A DNA stretch of 64,000 nucleotides, taken from the NCBI GenBank assembly GCA_000002435.2, contig CM018792.1, one strand, 5' to 3'. Position 1 is the first letter of the stretch. Every line of letters begins with the position of its first letter. The translations under genes were made by a program, and so were the position numbers. Under the pieces are notes generated by a model. That model saw nothing but the letters and a program-made list of their open reading frames with translations, was not told the DNA's origin and ran no database searches. Shown here one piece after another: positions 39,625 to 50,257 of the stretch. The DNA comes from Giardia intestinalis. Lineage: Eukaryota.

Positions 39625-41562
39625 TCAGCTTGGATACTTTTCATTGAGCTTCTTCTGTGCCTCCCACTCCTTCACCAACTTCTTGTATCGGCTTTTTGGT
39701 ATGGGCAAAGGATTACCGTCAGGCCCCGTCTCGGCCAAGTGAGTGGGAATCCCACGCTCATCAAAAGCTGAGAACTCCACGTTCTCTAGAAACATCTTCT
39801 CGGCTGGAATTAGGGCCTTTTCGCGCTCTAAACGCTGCTTCTCAAGCTTTTCCTGCTGCACCTTCTCTTGTTGAAGCCTTTTGGCTTCTGCTAAATCCAG
39901 TTCTCTTTGGCGTTGGACCTTCCACTCCTCAACGTTTATCGGCTTAATATAAGACTCCTTGTCTGCATCTTCGATAGCAAATCCTGTCAATGGTAGGTGC
40001 TCATCTCTGAGCCTGTCACACAACCCTAGAAGCATCTTCTTTAGAGTCTTGGTATCTGTCTCAGCAGTATTAGTGGTTGAGGCCATCAATAGATCCTTTA
40101 TTTCTCTCCTGAAGTTACAGACGACTCTAGCGACTTGCAAGGCGTTTTCTGCCGTTGAAGTTTCACCTCTTGCATACGAGAAACCCATAATTGAGAGGAC
40201 ATGTACAATTTTATCCCGTGCATTAGATAGGAGAAACGTGCTGACCTGCCTGCCTTCTGTCTGGCATGCAAAGATGTATGCCTTGCAGTTATCGATCAAC
40301 AACATCACATGACTCATAGCGGAAACAATGTTTATATCGTTGCGGAAGGCCGTATCCACGTTGGAGAGGAACTCTATGGTCTGCGCTTCAAGAGCCTCTT
40401 CCGTTGTACTGTATCTAAGGTTCTTGATTGGCTCAGAAAGCTCTTCCTCGTGCTGAATGATCTGGCGACAATTGGACAGGAAACTGGTGATTTTTTTGTC
40501 CTTGGCAACTGCAGCATCCATCATCGAGATGCTGTAATCCAGCGACGCGCTGTATGGAACCATGCAAAAAAGCATGCGAACTTGGTTTGCCGTAAAGATG
40601 CTAAGAATCTCACGCACGGTTTTAAAGTTCTTTTTAGACTTTGACATAACATCCCCTGCTATCTTCAAGTGCCCACTGTGCAGGAAGCATCCTATCATGT
40701 TCTTTTTCCCGGCCCAGGTCTCCAACTGGATCAGCTCATTGTCGTGGTGAGGGAATTGTAGGTCACAGCCACCCAAGTGGAGATCAAACGCCCCTCCAGT
40801 GTCCTTCCCTAACACAGCTGCCGCCATCGCGGAGCACTCTATGTGCCAGCCAGGCCGTCCGGGCAGGGTGATCAGTTCCGAGACAGCGCCATTTTTGTGG
40901 GAAAAGGTTGCATCCCACTTGGCATCCTCTGGTTCTGTTTCTTTCCATGCCTTCCAGAGTGCGAAATCTGAGGCTGAGCGCTTTTCTGAGACGCGATTCT
41001 TGCTGTCCATCCCATCTGCATTCTGGATCAGGAGCTGGAGCTCGTCAGAACTACTGCCCAGAGGCCGAAGCTTGGGATAGGAGTACCCAGCGCTGCGGGC
41101 TGCGGCCACGTCAAAGTAAACAGACCCCGCGCTCACATATGCAAATCCGTTGTCCATGATCTTCTGGATGAAGAGAATGATGTCGGCCATGTACTCGGTT
41201 ACGCGAGTGACCACTGTGAAGGGACGAACTGAGAGGGTGTGCATGTCGGAAAGGAACTCCTGCTCGTATTTACGGCAGATGTCGAAGATGGACGAGCCCC
41301 TCTCTACGGCGCGGGCGATGATCTTATCGTCGACGTCCGTGATGTTGCACTGGTAGCGAACGCGCAGCCCGAAGTAGTCCTCGAGGATGCGGCGGACGAC
41401 GTCGAAGGTGACGTATGTGCGCGCGTGGCCCAGGTGGGTCGAGTCGTAGACCGTGGGGCCGCAGATGTAGGCCAGGACTGTGCTGGGTGCGTGGGTCCTG
41501 AGCTCCTCGAGGCGCCCGGTGAGGCTGTTGGTGAGCCAGACGGAGGTCGGGAACGCGGCCAT
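39625..41562 (-). CDS. CARS: Cysteinyl-tRNA synthetase (class I)
   Basis: It has the HIGH motif ([27 protein letters not shown]), ITDVDDKII and the KMSKS variant VMSKSKKN. Length 645 aa with a K/E-rich C-terminal extension. Confidence 0.95.
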   Translation of the reverse strand: MAAFPTSVWLTNSLTGRLEELRTHAPSTVLAYICGPTVYDSTHLGHARTYVTFDVVRRILEDYFGLRVRYQCNITDVDDKIIARAVERGSSIFDICRKYEQEFLSDMHTLSVRPFTVVTRVTEYMADIILFIQKIMDNGFAYVSAGSVYFDVAAARSAGYSYPKLRPLGSSSDELQLLIQNADGMDSKNRVSEKRSASDFALWKAWKETEPEDAKWDATFSHKNGAVSELITLPGRPGWHIECSAMAAAVLGKDTGGAFDLHLGGCDLQFPHHDNELIQLETWAGKKNMIGCFLHSGHLKIAGDVMSKSKKNFKTVREILSIFTANQVRMLFCMVPYSASLDYSISMMDAAVAKDKKITSFLSNCRQIIQHEEELSEPIKNLRYSTTEEALEAQTIEFLSNVDTAFRNDINIVSAMSHVMLLIDNCKAYIFACQTEGRQVSTFLLSNARDKIVHVLSIMGFSYARGETSTAENALQVARVVCNFRREIKDLLMASTTNTAETDTKTLKKMLLGLCDRLRDEHLPLTGFAIEDADKESYIKPINVEEWKVQRQRELDLAEAKRLQQEKVQQEKLEKQRLEREKALIPAEKMFLENVEFSAFDERGIPTHLAETGPDGNPLPIPKSRYKKLVKEWEAQKKLNEKYPS

Positions 41563-41582
41563 TTATCGGCGCCGGGCGGAGG

Positions 41583-41587
41583 CAAAA
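41583..41587 (-). terminator. Pol III T-run (TTTTT) immediately 3' of tRNA-Cys
   Basis: The minus strand reads ...CAGGCCC-T-TTTTTGCC. Confidence 0.5.
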
Positions 41588-41659
41588 AGGGCCTGACCGG
41601 ATTTGAACCGATGACCACTCGGACTGCAGCCGAGCGCTCTACCCCTGAGCTACAGACCC
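41588..41659 (-). tRNA. tRNA-Cys (anticodon GCA), 72 nt, U73 discriminator
   Basis: A manual cloverleaf fits: acceptor GGGTCTG/CAGGCCC (one G-U), U8 A9, D-stem GCTC/GAGC, anticodon stem CTCGG/CCGAG, loop CTGCAGT (anticodon GCA), T-stem ATCGG/CCGGT, T-loop TTCAAAT, and discriminator U (the Cys identity element). Confidence 0.9.
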
Positions 41660-41722
41660 CTGCTGCGAGCCGGAAGGGATGAACATGCATCCTCGTGTAG
41701 CTTTGTGGCTCTTCCGAAAGCA

Positions 41723-42151
41723 ATGGCGTTCCAGACCCTCGACGCGATCAACGAGCTGGCCGCGCAGGCCGCCCGGGTGGCCGGTCCGGCGCAGCCCCCG
41801 CCGAAGGCCCCGCAGCTCGCAAGCCGGGCCTGCGACACCCCCGGGACGGCCGAGGAGACAGACAACGAGGACCTCGACGACGTCCCGGCCGGCGAGCTCG
41901 AATGCAAGGTGTACAGCGAGGAGCATCGGAAGGCCGTTCGGAAAGAGATACAGCGGACCATCAAGAGCGGGATCGTCATCACCATCATCAGCGTCGTCAT
42001 GGTCCTCGTCCTCACCTGGTTCATTGTAAGTAGATTCCCGCTGGTCCTGGTCATCGTCTGGGCCTCTATGACCGCCGTCCTCACGATCCTTGGTGTGGCT
42101 GCCTGGATATGGGTCTGTGCACGGTTCAAAAAGGCACGTGCAGAGACATAG
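41723..42151 (+). CDS. Hypothetical small membrane protein (2 TM)
   Basis: The ATG at 41723 gives MAFQTLDAINELAAQ... with a GC-rich N-terminus and two hydrophobic helices at the C-terminus (IVITIISVVMVLVLTWFIV and LVLVIVWASMTAVLTILGVAAWIWV). The ORF is open from a GTG at 41705. Confidence 0.4.
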   Translation: MAFQTLDAINELAAQAARVAGPAQPPPKAPQLASRACDTPGTAEETDNEDLDDVPAGELECKVYSEEHRKAVRKEIQRTIKSGIVITIISVVMVLVLTWFIVSRFPLVLVIVWASMTAVLTILGVAAWIWVCARFKKARAET

Positions 42152-42290
42152 CCTGGCGCGCTCTTATGGAAATAGAAACAGTTCGGCAAGTAAACAGTTG
42201 TTAGCAAGGCATGTATGTTCATGGTTCCATCGGGTAAACAGGGCATGTAGTGTACACGTTCTTAAAAGCTAATTCTCGAGTGCCTTGTTT

Positions 42291-43496
42291 ATGACCGAAT
42301 GCCTGGAGAGTAATGAATACTGTATTTGCACGCCAACAGCAGATAATAGCGTAGTTATATGTAAGTGCAAGGAGGGATATGTTAGTAGAGACAACCAGTG
42401 CTACAGCAAAGAATGTTATGACAGTCTCACAGACAGCTTTTGTGGAAACTTAGGCTTTGCTACATGCGATAATAGTGCACAGAAGTGTAACTGTGGCAAT
42501 ACAGGCCTTACTCTAATGTCCTTTCATGGGCGATGCGTAACAGAGAATTGTTTAATTGGAAAAGAGCCTAGCCGGACTGAGTGTTGGAATAGAGGGTACT
42601 GTCAAATTAACTTAGCTGGAGGGATATGTCGTTGTTACTCTGCATACTTAAACGACACTGGGTGTACTAAGTGCAATCCAGAAACATCCCTGGAGAAGAA
42701 GGTATCAAATGGAGTTGAGTGCATTCCAAAAACGTGCATGGATAAGGAGAATCCTAGCGTCGATCTTGTATGTAATAACATCGGAACGTGTACTCCCTTT
42801 GTCAACTCAGAGTCAACCATGCTGTACATATGTAAGTGCAATAGCCATGCTTTCAGTGTAGGAGACTCATGCTATCCAAAGGAGTGTGTGATTACAGACC
42901 CTCTTGTCTCCAACAGCCTCACTGTCTGCAACTCAAAGGGATCTTGCGATTTCAAAACAAGTAGATGCAACTGCATCGCACCTTACACAGGAAGATTCTG
43001 CCGGTCTTGCTTACCGGAATATATCCACCAATATATTGCAACCGAGAACGGCTTTCTCTTTCTCTGCGTCCACGAGAACTGCTGGGATGAGTCGCTTAAT
43101 ACGCACTGCAGTGGTCACGGGAACTGTACAATGGATGCCGTGTCTAAGGTCTATAAGTGCTCATGTGAGCAAGGATACAATCTTGTGAAGGGCACGTACA
43201 ACATTTGTGCGTCAAACACCGTCCGTAAGCGTAATCGGCAAGGCTACCTTCTGCTGTCTGACGTCTTGTTTGTCGCGCTCTTTGCCGTGGCCATTCTTGG
43301 AATAGGTGTATATCTCCTTGTGAAGCTTTTGTCTGAAAAGAAGGCCAAGCGAGACCATGAGCTTTACATCCATCAAGAGAAGATCACAATAGCAAGGAAT
43401 CTCCATAATGATTTGTCATCAGCTAAGCAGGCGTCTGCTCAATCTAGCGTCCTTTCCACTGCCGAGTACATAGCTTTTCAGCGAAGGTACATGTAG
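42291..43496 (+). CDS. EGF-like high-cysteine membrane protein (HCMP-like), no N-terminal signal peptide
   Basis: It has repeated CxCxxGY/EGF-like modules (CKCKEGY, CRCYSAY, CKCNSHAF, CSCEQGY), a single C-terminal TM (LLLSDVLFVALFAVAILGIGVYLLV) and a cytoplasmic tail. The frame opens only at 42273 and the N-terminus MTECLESNEYCIC is not hydrophobic. Confidence 0.7.
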   Translation: MTECLESNEYCICTPTADNSVVICKCKEGYVSRDNQCYSKECYDSLTDSFCGNLGFATCDNSAQKCNCGNTGLTLMSFHGRCVTENCLIGKEPSRTECWNRGYCQINLAGGICRCYSAYLNDTGCTKCNPETSLEKKVSNGVECIPKTCMDKENPSVDLVCNNIGTCTPFVNSESTMLYICKCNSHAFSVGDSCYPKECVITDPLVSNSLTVCNSKGSCDFKTSRCNCIAPYTGRFCRSCLPEYIHQYIATENGFLFLCVHENCWDESLNTHCSGHGNCTMDAVSKVYKCSCEQGYNLVKGTYNICASNTVRKRNRQGYLLLSDVLFVALFAVAILGIGVYLLVKLLSEKKAKRDHELYIHQEKITIARNLHNDLSSAKQASAQSSVLSTAEYIAFQRRYM

Positions 43497-43636
43497 TGCT
43501 CACACTGTATGTCAGCACCTCTGTTAGGTTCTTCCTGTTTCAGTTTAGTTAGTAAATTAATATGCCTTCAGCGTCTGTACAGCTTGCACAGTGGATTTCT
43601 TATCCTTGGCCAAGTCTCAATTAAATCAATAAGCTC

Positions 43637-44743
43637 ATGGGCATAGTTGAGCAAATAGCTGAGGTAAAGACTGAGATGGCACGTACCCAAAAGAACAAGG
43701 CCACAGAGCATCATCTAGGACGCCTGAAGGCCAAGCTTGCGCGACTGGAGAGTCAGCTCATCAGCGAGGTCACAAAGAAATCTGGAGGAAAGGGGTCTGG
43801 ATTTGATGTTGTTAAGCAGGGACAAGCTAGAATTGCACTCGTTGGGTTCCCATCTGTGGGGAAAAGCACCTTTCTCACGCGGTATACCAACGCGGAGTCT
43901 GCATCAGCAGCCTATGAATTCACCACTCTTACCTGTGTTCCAGGCACGATGGAGATAAATGGAGCGCCAATACAGATTCTTGACCTCCCAGGAATCATCG
44001 AGGGGGCCGCCACGGGCCTAGGGAAAGGACGACAGGTGATTGCAACCGCTAGAACAGCAGACGCCATAATAATGATGCTTAGCGCATGCAACGCAGTCAA
44101 GGAGAGGCGGATCCTTACAAAGGAGCTAGAGTCTATGGGAATCCGTCTGAACAAACGCCGACCAAGCATTGAACTACGCCCAGCCTCAATGGGGGGTATA
44201 CAGGTGCTTTCGGACAATGTATTGACCGTCCTAGATCACGACACAATACGGGCCACTCTTGCAGAGTATAAAATCCACAACTGTCAGGTGCTTCTCCACT
44301 GCGATGCAACCGTCGATGACCTAATTGACGTAGTAGAGGGCAACAGAGTTTATATGCCGTGTATCTACGCTATCAACAAAATTGACATGGTAAGTATTCC
44401 CGCTGCCGAGTACTATGCAAAGCAGCCGGACACCGTTGTTATTTCAGCAGAGTGCGATCTCAATGTCGATTACCTGAAGCGAATTATCTGGCAGCGGCTG
44501 CAGTTAGTACGCATCTATACCAAGAAGCGGAACTGTCCGGCAGATCTTAGTCAAAAGGAAGCGGTTTTTCTCAAACAAGGAGATACAGTCGAGAAGCTTT
44601 GTGCAAATATTCACAATGATATGGTATCCAATTTTTCGTATGCAATGGTGTGGGGTAGAAGTGCCCAACACTGTCCTCAGCGAGTCGGAAAAGACCACAA
44701 GCTAGCCGACGAAGACGTTGTCCAGATAGTTTTGAGAAAATAG
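43637..44743 (+). CDS. DRG: Developmentally regulated GTP-binding protein (DRG, Obg family, TGS domain)
   Basis: MGIVEQIAEVKTEMARTQKNKATEHHLGRLKAKLA matches the DRG N-terminus. It has the G1 motif GFPSVGKST and G3 motif DLPGIIEGA. Confidence 0.9.
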   Translation: MGIVEQIAEVKTEMARTQKNKATEHHLGRLKAKLARLESQLISEVTKKSGGKGSGFDVVKQGQARIALVGFPSVGKSTFLTRYTNAESASAAYEFTTLTCVPGTMEINGAPIQILDLPGIIEGAATGLGKGRQVIATARTADAIIMMLSACNAVKERRILTKELESMGIRLNKRRPSIELRPASMGGIQVLSDNVLTVLDHDTIRATLAEYKIHNCQVLLHCDATVDDLIDVVEGNRVYMPCIYAINKIDMVSIPAAEYYAKQPDTVVISAECDLNVDYLKRIIWQRLQLVRIYTKKRNCPADLSQKEAVFLKQGDTVEKLCANIHNDMVSNFSYAMVWGRSAQHCPQRVGKDHKLADEDVVQIVLRK

Positions 44744-44801
44744 CATAAGCAGGATCAACCAGAACGCCCACGGCTCCCTTCTGCTCCTGGTGACGCACTA
44801 T

Positions 44802-45518
44802 TTACTGATGATACTCCGCATACAGAATATCCTCTATCTTCTTCACGACACTCTTAATGTAGAACGGAGAGTCTTCTGGCTCTGCAATCTCCACTTGTGT
44901 CATAAGTTCGTTCATTTGATCCATATATATCTCTATTTCATGCAACTTATCAAAGTAAAATTGTGACTCTAGCTGACCCTTTGCAATTTGACGACGTAAG
45001 TCCTCAAGCTCCTTAGAGTCAATTGAGGGCCCGGACGTGCTTGAGGCCTTGGGGTTCTGCATGGATGCAGCGGTGCTGCCTGACCTATTTCCTGGTTTTG
45101 ATGTTTTAGTAACAGCGTTGGCAGATCCAGATTCTGTAGCACCAGACTTGGATCCCTTGTAATTTTGGTCAAAGAACCACTTGAACCATTGGAAGAACTC
45201 GAAGTTGTCCATGTACTTCCCTGTGACTAGCTTATTGACGTCAATGCCCTTATCTATATTGTTACGACTCAAAACGTCCTGTATGATCTTAAAATTTTCT
45301 GACCTTTCCCACTCGTTGATAGCATTCATGCGAACACGATGCATGTTCACCTGTCCCGGATAAACAAGATTCAGGGCCATACAATAGTGGTGTCCCGATG
45401 CCAGGTCCTCAACTTTCTTGACAGGCTCATTAAGCAATTCTGATATCCACTTGAGCAAGGAGACGCGGCCTACAAAGTAGCAGTCAGACACATTTCCGGG
45501 TGCTTTTACCGGCGGCAT
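44802..45518 (-). CDS. EB1: EB1 (microtubule plus-end binding protein, CH domain plus EB homology domain)
   Basis: The CH domain LLKWISELL...HYCMALNLVYPGQVNMHRVRMNA...FKIIQDVL...DKLVTGKYMDNFEFFQWFKWFFDQNY is followed by the C-terminal FYFDKLHEIEIYMD (EBH). The track's first M is a TTG; the ATG is at 45516-45518. Confidence 0.9.
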   Translation of the reverse strand: MPPVKAPGNVSDCYFVGRVSLLKWISELLNEPVKKVEDLASGHHYCMALNLVYPGQVNMHRVRMNAINEWERSENFKIIQDVLSRNNIDKGIDVNKLVTGKYMDNFEFFQWFKWFFDQNYKGSKSGATESGSANAVTKTSKPGNRSGSTAASMQNPKASSTSGPSIDSKELEDLRRQIAKGQLESQFYFDKLHEIEIYMDQMNELMTQVEIAEPEDSPFYIKSVVKKIEDILYAEYHQ

Positions 45519-45576
45519 CAAGCGTGAATTTAAATTTTGAGCTTTTACTTACGTTTCTACCCAACTTAGCTCACGC

Positions 45577-46005
45577 ATGCAAGACACAAGGGCTATAATG
45601 GAAAGTATCACTCAGTTTGCTCTAGACTTGGAAGCCTTTTTTAGGCCCGAAGAGGAGCGCATTGTCACATGCTTTCATACGCCCATCAACGAAGACCATG
45701 ATTGTGGTACAGATGGCAGGGGATCACCTGCTACGTTGGCTGCAGCATTTCATGTACGCAAGAACTACTATGAAGACGGTATGATTTCGTCTTCTCCGTC
45801 TCCAGTCAGTGTCCATTCCTACCTGGAGGCGCACGATTGGAGCAGTGAAACTGACTCGCATGATGACAAGAGAGGTAGAGAGTATGACCAAGAGTCAGAG
45901 GACGGATCTACCGCCGGCACACTAGCCAGTGCGCACTCTTCTCTATTGCTGTCATCGCCAGTAACACCGGACAGGTCTGCTGGAAGTGACAGCGATGTAT
46001 GGTAG
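45577..46005 (+). CDS. Hypothetical protein (142 aa), low complexity
   Basis: ATG ORF only. Weak support. Confidence 0.3.
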   Translation: MQDTRAIMESITQFALDLEAFFRPEEERIVTCFHTPINEDHDCGTDGRGSPATLAAAFHVRKNYYEDGMISSSPSPVSVHSYLEAHDWSSETDSHDDKRGREYDQESEDGSTAGTLASAHSSLLLSSPVTPDRSAGSDSDVW

Positions 46006-46017
46006 TTTACAGCTGTG

Positions 46018-49000
46018 TTATTCTCCAAGCAATGCATCAAGCATATGCACAAGTGTCAAATTGTGAGCCAATAGAAACCCCCCATATGTCTGTTCAAGAG
46101 CGACCAAGATTTGTTTCTTACATTTCTCTGCGTCTTCCTTCGGCATATGTTCTCCCTCATTTATATCGTTAATATGCAGCCGTTTAAATGCTTTAATATA
46201 CACATTGCTGTTGTCTTCATCGCACATGGACATAACTTTATAAACAAACCGCTTGAAGAGTATGGGAGAAGCCGCTTTCAAAATGTCTGTGCAGCGCTCT
46301 ATCCCGAGAAGAACAAACTGCGCCTGTGTAGTCTCGAAGACCTTGATCAGTGAGTAGAACAAAATCACAATAAGTACCCACAGATGTGCATCTGCTTCTG
46401 AAGCTTCTTCTAGGCTTCTACTACTTAAGAAGGAAAGGAGATACGGAAACGACCTGCTCACCTTGGTACTATTTTGCCGTGTAGAAAACGATAGCGCCAC
46501 AATGAGTTGCATAAAGAGCTTCGTGATAAAAGATAGGGGTGACTGCTTAGAATTGATATTGACCGTCACAGAGTCAAGAAGCTTAGTGATTAATTTTCCA
46601 CAAATGAAGGCACAAAGCGTTGAAATCCTCTGCGTTGAATATAAAATGAGGGGTAGAAGAACTTGGTAGATGAGCTCATTGATGTCTGCCGCAGATAAGT
46701 TGAGAAGTAGCTTTAGGTCCTCAGTAGTAAAGAGTTCGATGCTTTCCAGCTGGTCGTTTGAGGAGTCCCCACACTCTCTAAATGCGTTCCAAACAGTTGT
46801 TAGAAAGACATTTGACGCAGGAGACAGTGCTTGCGGCGGCGGTGCCATGAAGTAAAGTCCCGAAAGGTAGCGGATGTGTGGCAAGTACGTGCACTGGGCC
46901 TTGTTAAAGGTACTATAAAGGCTTTCCAAGAGACCGATGTTCTCCGACGCCTTGGAGGCAAGAGTTGACATGAAGTACAGAAGCTCGTTAACGGTGGAAA
47001 CGACGAGCTCCGACGTTTGCTCATAGGTCGAGACATTCTTCAATAGTATGGCCCATTTCCAGAAGGCGCCACTAGGTAATGCCTGTAGAAGCGGCAAAAA
47101 CGTGTCTGGATTAAGCAAGTACGCCGCAAGTGGTTCTGGCATGGAGTAGGTACGTGGACCACAAAGCAGTGGGCATTCTCCTATGCTCTGTATGCATGTA
47201 TCCGCGAGCATACTGGGAGACTTTCCATTAAGAAGAGACTCCGCTAAGGGAGACATGTCTGCAACTTCAGCGTTTGCTGAAGCGTCCATAAGGTGGGTAA
47301 TAAGCTCTCTCAAGCAGTACATTGCTGGAAGAGACCCAAACTTCAAGGACCCCATAAGATTTGCAAGCAAATATTGACCGGAAAGATCACTCGATGTTTT
47401 GCTAATGGTCCAATCGACATGAATTGTTAATCTGACAGCAACAGAGACATAGTTGCGATAGTAGCTACGGAGCCATCCACTTTCCCGAGATAGGTGATGT
47501 CCCGATCTGGCTTGCTGATCTAAGGAGACGTCGTCTAAACACTCATCAGTAATAGATTGTATAATCAGCCAGGTATAAAACTCCTGGACAAGTGGATGTG
47601 ATGAGATAATAATGCCGCAGAGAAGAGAGCGAATATCCGCCAGCTCGAGACGGCGCTTAACATATTCATGCACAAGAATCAAAGAGGTGGCCGGCAGAGA
47701 AGCAATGCTTGACATGACGCCAGAACAGTTTGTCAGACAAAGAACACTGATCAAATACTGTTCGATGAAGGACTTGAGCGTCACATAGTAGAAATTCCTC
47801 TTGCACTCTATGCCCGATAAAGCAGCCAGAAAAGAAGGACATTGTTTCACCTTCCTCGCGCAAGCAGAAATGGATGACAGCTCCTCCATGATAGCAGAAT
47901 ATATCTCCCTTCTATGAGTGAACCCCATTGTGCTTAGCTTATCCCACGCGAGAGATAGGGCCTCCTGACAGTACGGGGCAAAGAACAGATTAGCAATGAT
48001 TTGACCGACAAACCGGTAATCAGATGAATTAATGCTCCCCTCTAAGGCATGAGAATAGGAGTCTAGCGTTGGAAACACAGCCTTGTCTATACAGCATAAC
48101 GAGAAAGACTGTTCATAAAGAGTTCTAAGTATCCCACAATCCATCAGCCATGGAACTGTTGCATGGGCAAGCTTGAAGTGATCACTAGGAATGATGTTAG
48201 CAAGAGAACCATCACCTAATAAAGCGTACATGAGCATGTTGGCCCCTTCAGTTTCATTATGTTTGAGTAATAAGTAGATAAAGTTCAGAAAAACAAACCT
48301 CATGTTGTTATGGGAAAGCCAATAGACAGGGAGGTCCAGTAGACAGCTTATTGAGTCGCCCAGGGTTTGATACTTGTGCTTGATGTTCTCGCTTTTCGTG
48401 GCGATTTCAGCTGCAAAAGGAGGCGCTTTAGTTGGAAGGTTGCAGGTTGATAAGGGAGTAGAAAAAGTATAGATGTCATACAGCTCGGCAAGGTATGTAG
48501 TAAGCTCCCTCTGAACAGACGCTTGCGAGACGCCTTTGCAGAGCTTGATGCAGATGTATTTAAGTAGCTTATCGCATAATATATTTGGGCTGTCTTCACA
48601 GTTGAAGCCAGCGGACAAGATAGTTCTAAGTGACATTGACTCTGAAGACGGAGGGTCTTCTCTAACAATAGTGAGCATGGTTAAGATCCGCAGAATAAGT
48701 TTCTCTGTAGATAAAATGGAACTAGAGCAGGGTAAATAAAAAGATATAATGTAGTGAAATAGCATGGTAGGAAATGTTATGTCTTCAGCCCACCGAGGGT
48801 CGAGAAAAAGAGTAATAAATCCTTTAGACAAGCAGAACCGTAGTACCCCCTGTTGAAGAAATATGCGCATAGTGAACTGCATGCTAATTGGAACGGTACT
48901 CATTACCGAATAGAAAAGTGCATTCTTAAGTGCTGCCAGAGCTCGGCTTTGCTCTTCAGAGTCTACTGTCCCAGAGGCCTCTGGAGCTAACAGAAGTGCA

Positions 49001-49713
49001 ATTAACAGGATACGGACAGAAAGAGCCATGTCATGGAACGGTTCAGTCACGAATGTCAGTGCATCAACCTGGGCAGTGCGTAGTTCGTGGTTGCTGTAGA
49101 CGCGGGCAATGCGCAGCAGAACCTTTTGAGCGTCTGCAGGCAAAGACAGCTCCTTCACAGATGGAATAGCTAGCTCGGCCTGCAGTATATCTAGCGTAGA
49201 AACCAACTCTGCGACTCCACGTGAAAGGCCAACAAGGAGTCTGGATGGAGTCATGAGCTTTGTTGAGTGAATAGGTGAAAACCCGATAATTAGTGAGCAC
49301 AGGAGCGCTACCCATGCTCGGACCCCTGGAGACGACTTCAGGTCGGAGAGTAGCTGGCTTGCTGGTGTATCTGATTGAATCCCTAGAAGTGCCCCAACGG
49401 AGAAGATGGCACTGGTAACGGTGCAAAGCCGTTGAATGCTGATGTCTCGTTGATCTAGAATATAGGTATGGATCCGCTTTACAAGATAGTCTAAATCCAG
49501 CCTAGCGTGCGGCATCTGGACGCTTCTATCGTGCTTGAAAAATGTGTATCTATTTAGCTCCTGATGAGACGCATTTCCTTCCATTAGAACATACTTCCAA
49601 ATCAGCGCGACAATTGTCTGACTGGCTGATAAGCTTGTCTGGGCACCAACTGCTCGTTGCAAATCATTGAGGGCCGCGTTGTCAGAGATGTACTTGGGCC
49701 CTCCAGGTTTCAT
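46018..49713 (-). CDS. Large hypothetical helical-repeat protein (1231 aa)
   Basis: Uninterrupted ORF with an ATG at 49711-49713. The composition is leucine-rich and helical throughout, HEAT/ARM-like, but no specific family is recognised. Confidence 0.7.
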   Translation of the reverse strand: MKPGGPKYISDNAALNDLQRAVGAQTSLSASQTIVALIWKYVLMEGNASHQELNRYTFFKHDRSVQMPHARLDLDYLVKRIHTYILDQRDISIQRLCTVTSAIFSVGALLGIQSDTPASQLLSDLKSSPGVRAWVALLCSLIIGFSPIHSTKLMTPSRLLVGLSRGVAELVSTLDILQAELAIPSVKELSLPADAQKVLLRIARVYSNHELRTAQVDALTFVTEPFHDMALSVRILLIALLLAPEASGTVDSEEQSRALAALKNALFYSVMSTVPISMQFTMRIFLQQGVLRFCLSKGFITLFLDPRWAEDITFPTMLFHYIISFYLPCSSSILSTEKLILRILTMLTIVREDPPSSESMSLRTILSAGFNCEDSPNILCDKLLKYICIKLCKGVSQASVQRELTTYLAELYDIYTFSTPLSTCNLPTKAPPFAAEIATKSENIKHKYQTLGDSISCLLDLPVYWLSHNNMRFVFLNFIYLLLKHNETEGANMLMYALLGDGSLANIIPSDHFKLAHATVPWLMDCGILRTLYEQSFSLCCIDKAVFPTLDSYSHALEGSINSSDYRFVGQIIANLFFAPYCQEALSLAWDKLSTMGFTHRREIYSAIMEELSSISACARKVKQCPSFLAALSGIECKRNFYYVTLKSFIEQYLISVLCLTNCSGVMSSIASLPATSLILVHEYVKRRLELADIRSLLCGIIISSHPLVQEFYTWLIIQSITDECLDDVSLDQQARSGHHLSRESGWLRSYYRNYVSVAVRLTIHVDWTISKTSSDLSGQYLLANLMGSLKFGSLPAMYCLRELITHLMDASANAEVADMSPLAESLLNGKSPSMLADTCIQSIGECPLLCGPRTYSMPEPLAAYLLNPDTFLPLLQALPSGAFWKWAILLKNVSTYEQTSELVVSTVNELLYFMSTLASKASENIGLLESLYSTFNKAQCTYLPHIRYLSGLYFMAPPPQALSPASNVFLTTVWNAFRECGDSSNDQLESIELFTTEDLKLLLNLSAADINELIYQVLLPLILYSTQRISTLCAFICGKLITKLLDSVTVNINSKQSPLSFITKLFMQLIVALSFSTRQNSTKVSRSFPYLLSFLSSRSLEEASEADAHLWVLIVILFYSLIKVFETTQAQFVLLGIERCTDILKAASPILFKRFVYKVMSMCDEDNSNVYIKAFKRLHINDINEGEHMPKEDAEKCKKQILVALEQTYGGFLLAHNLTLVHMLDALLGE

Positions 49714-49762
49714 TAATTCAAATTAAAATTGTTGGCCGCAAAAAACCCATTATTTGAAAGCT

Positions 49763-50173
49763 ATGGCCGGCGAGATGATCCACCCCCTCCCGCATAAGAT
49801 CATCATCAAGAAGAGGAAGAACAAATTCATCCGCTTCCAGTCCGAGCGCTTCGTCCGCGTCAAGCCTTCGTGGAGAAAGCCCCGTGGGATAGACTCTCCG
49901 ATGCGCCACCAGTACAGGGGTCAGCGCCCCATGGTTTCCATCGGCTACGGTTCCGATAAGGAGACGCGTTTCATGCTCCCCTGCGGCTTCTTCAAGCACA
50001 GGATATCCACTGTCCACGAGCTCAAGACCCTCTTCATGAACAACAAGACGCACGCTGCACAGATTGCACACGGCGTTTCTGCGAGGTCGCGCAAGCAGAT
50101 CCTTGAGGAGGCCAAAAAGATGGGCGTGCGTGTCCTCAACGCCGACGCCAAGCTGCGCAAGGAAGAACTGTAA
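49763..50173 (+). CDS. RPL32: 60S ribosomal protein L32 (eL32)
   Basis: KIIIKKRKNKFIRFQSERFVRVKPSWRKPRGIDSPMRHQYRGQRPMVSIGYGSDKETRFMLPCGF matches eL32. The track start at 49754 is TTG; the ATG is at 49763. Confidence 0.9.
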   Translation: MAGEMIHPLPHKIIIKKRKNKFIRFQSERFVRVKPSWRKPRGIDSPMRHQYRGQRPMVSIGYGSDKETRFMLPCGFFKHRISTVHELKTLFMNNKTHAAQIAHGVSARSRKQILEEAKKMGVRVLNADAKLRKEEL

Positions 50174-50257
50174 GGGGCTCTCCCGGCTTCTCGAGTAAAC
50201 AGCAAGACGTTGGTGTGCTCTAGATTTACTGAGCCTAATGGCCAGCCGCGTGGGCAC

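Noticed and set aside
41239-41723. ORFs 41239..41682 (+) and 41304..41723 (-) running across the tRNA-Cys and the CysRS 5' end
   Set aside because: They overlap a structurally convincing tRNA and the N-terminus of CysRS in another frame. The region is GC-rich, which favours long spurious frames.
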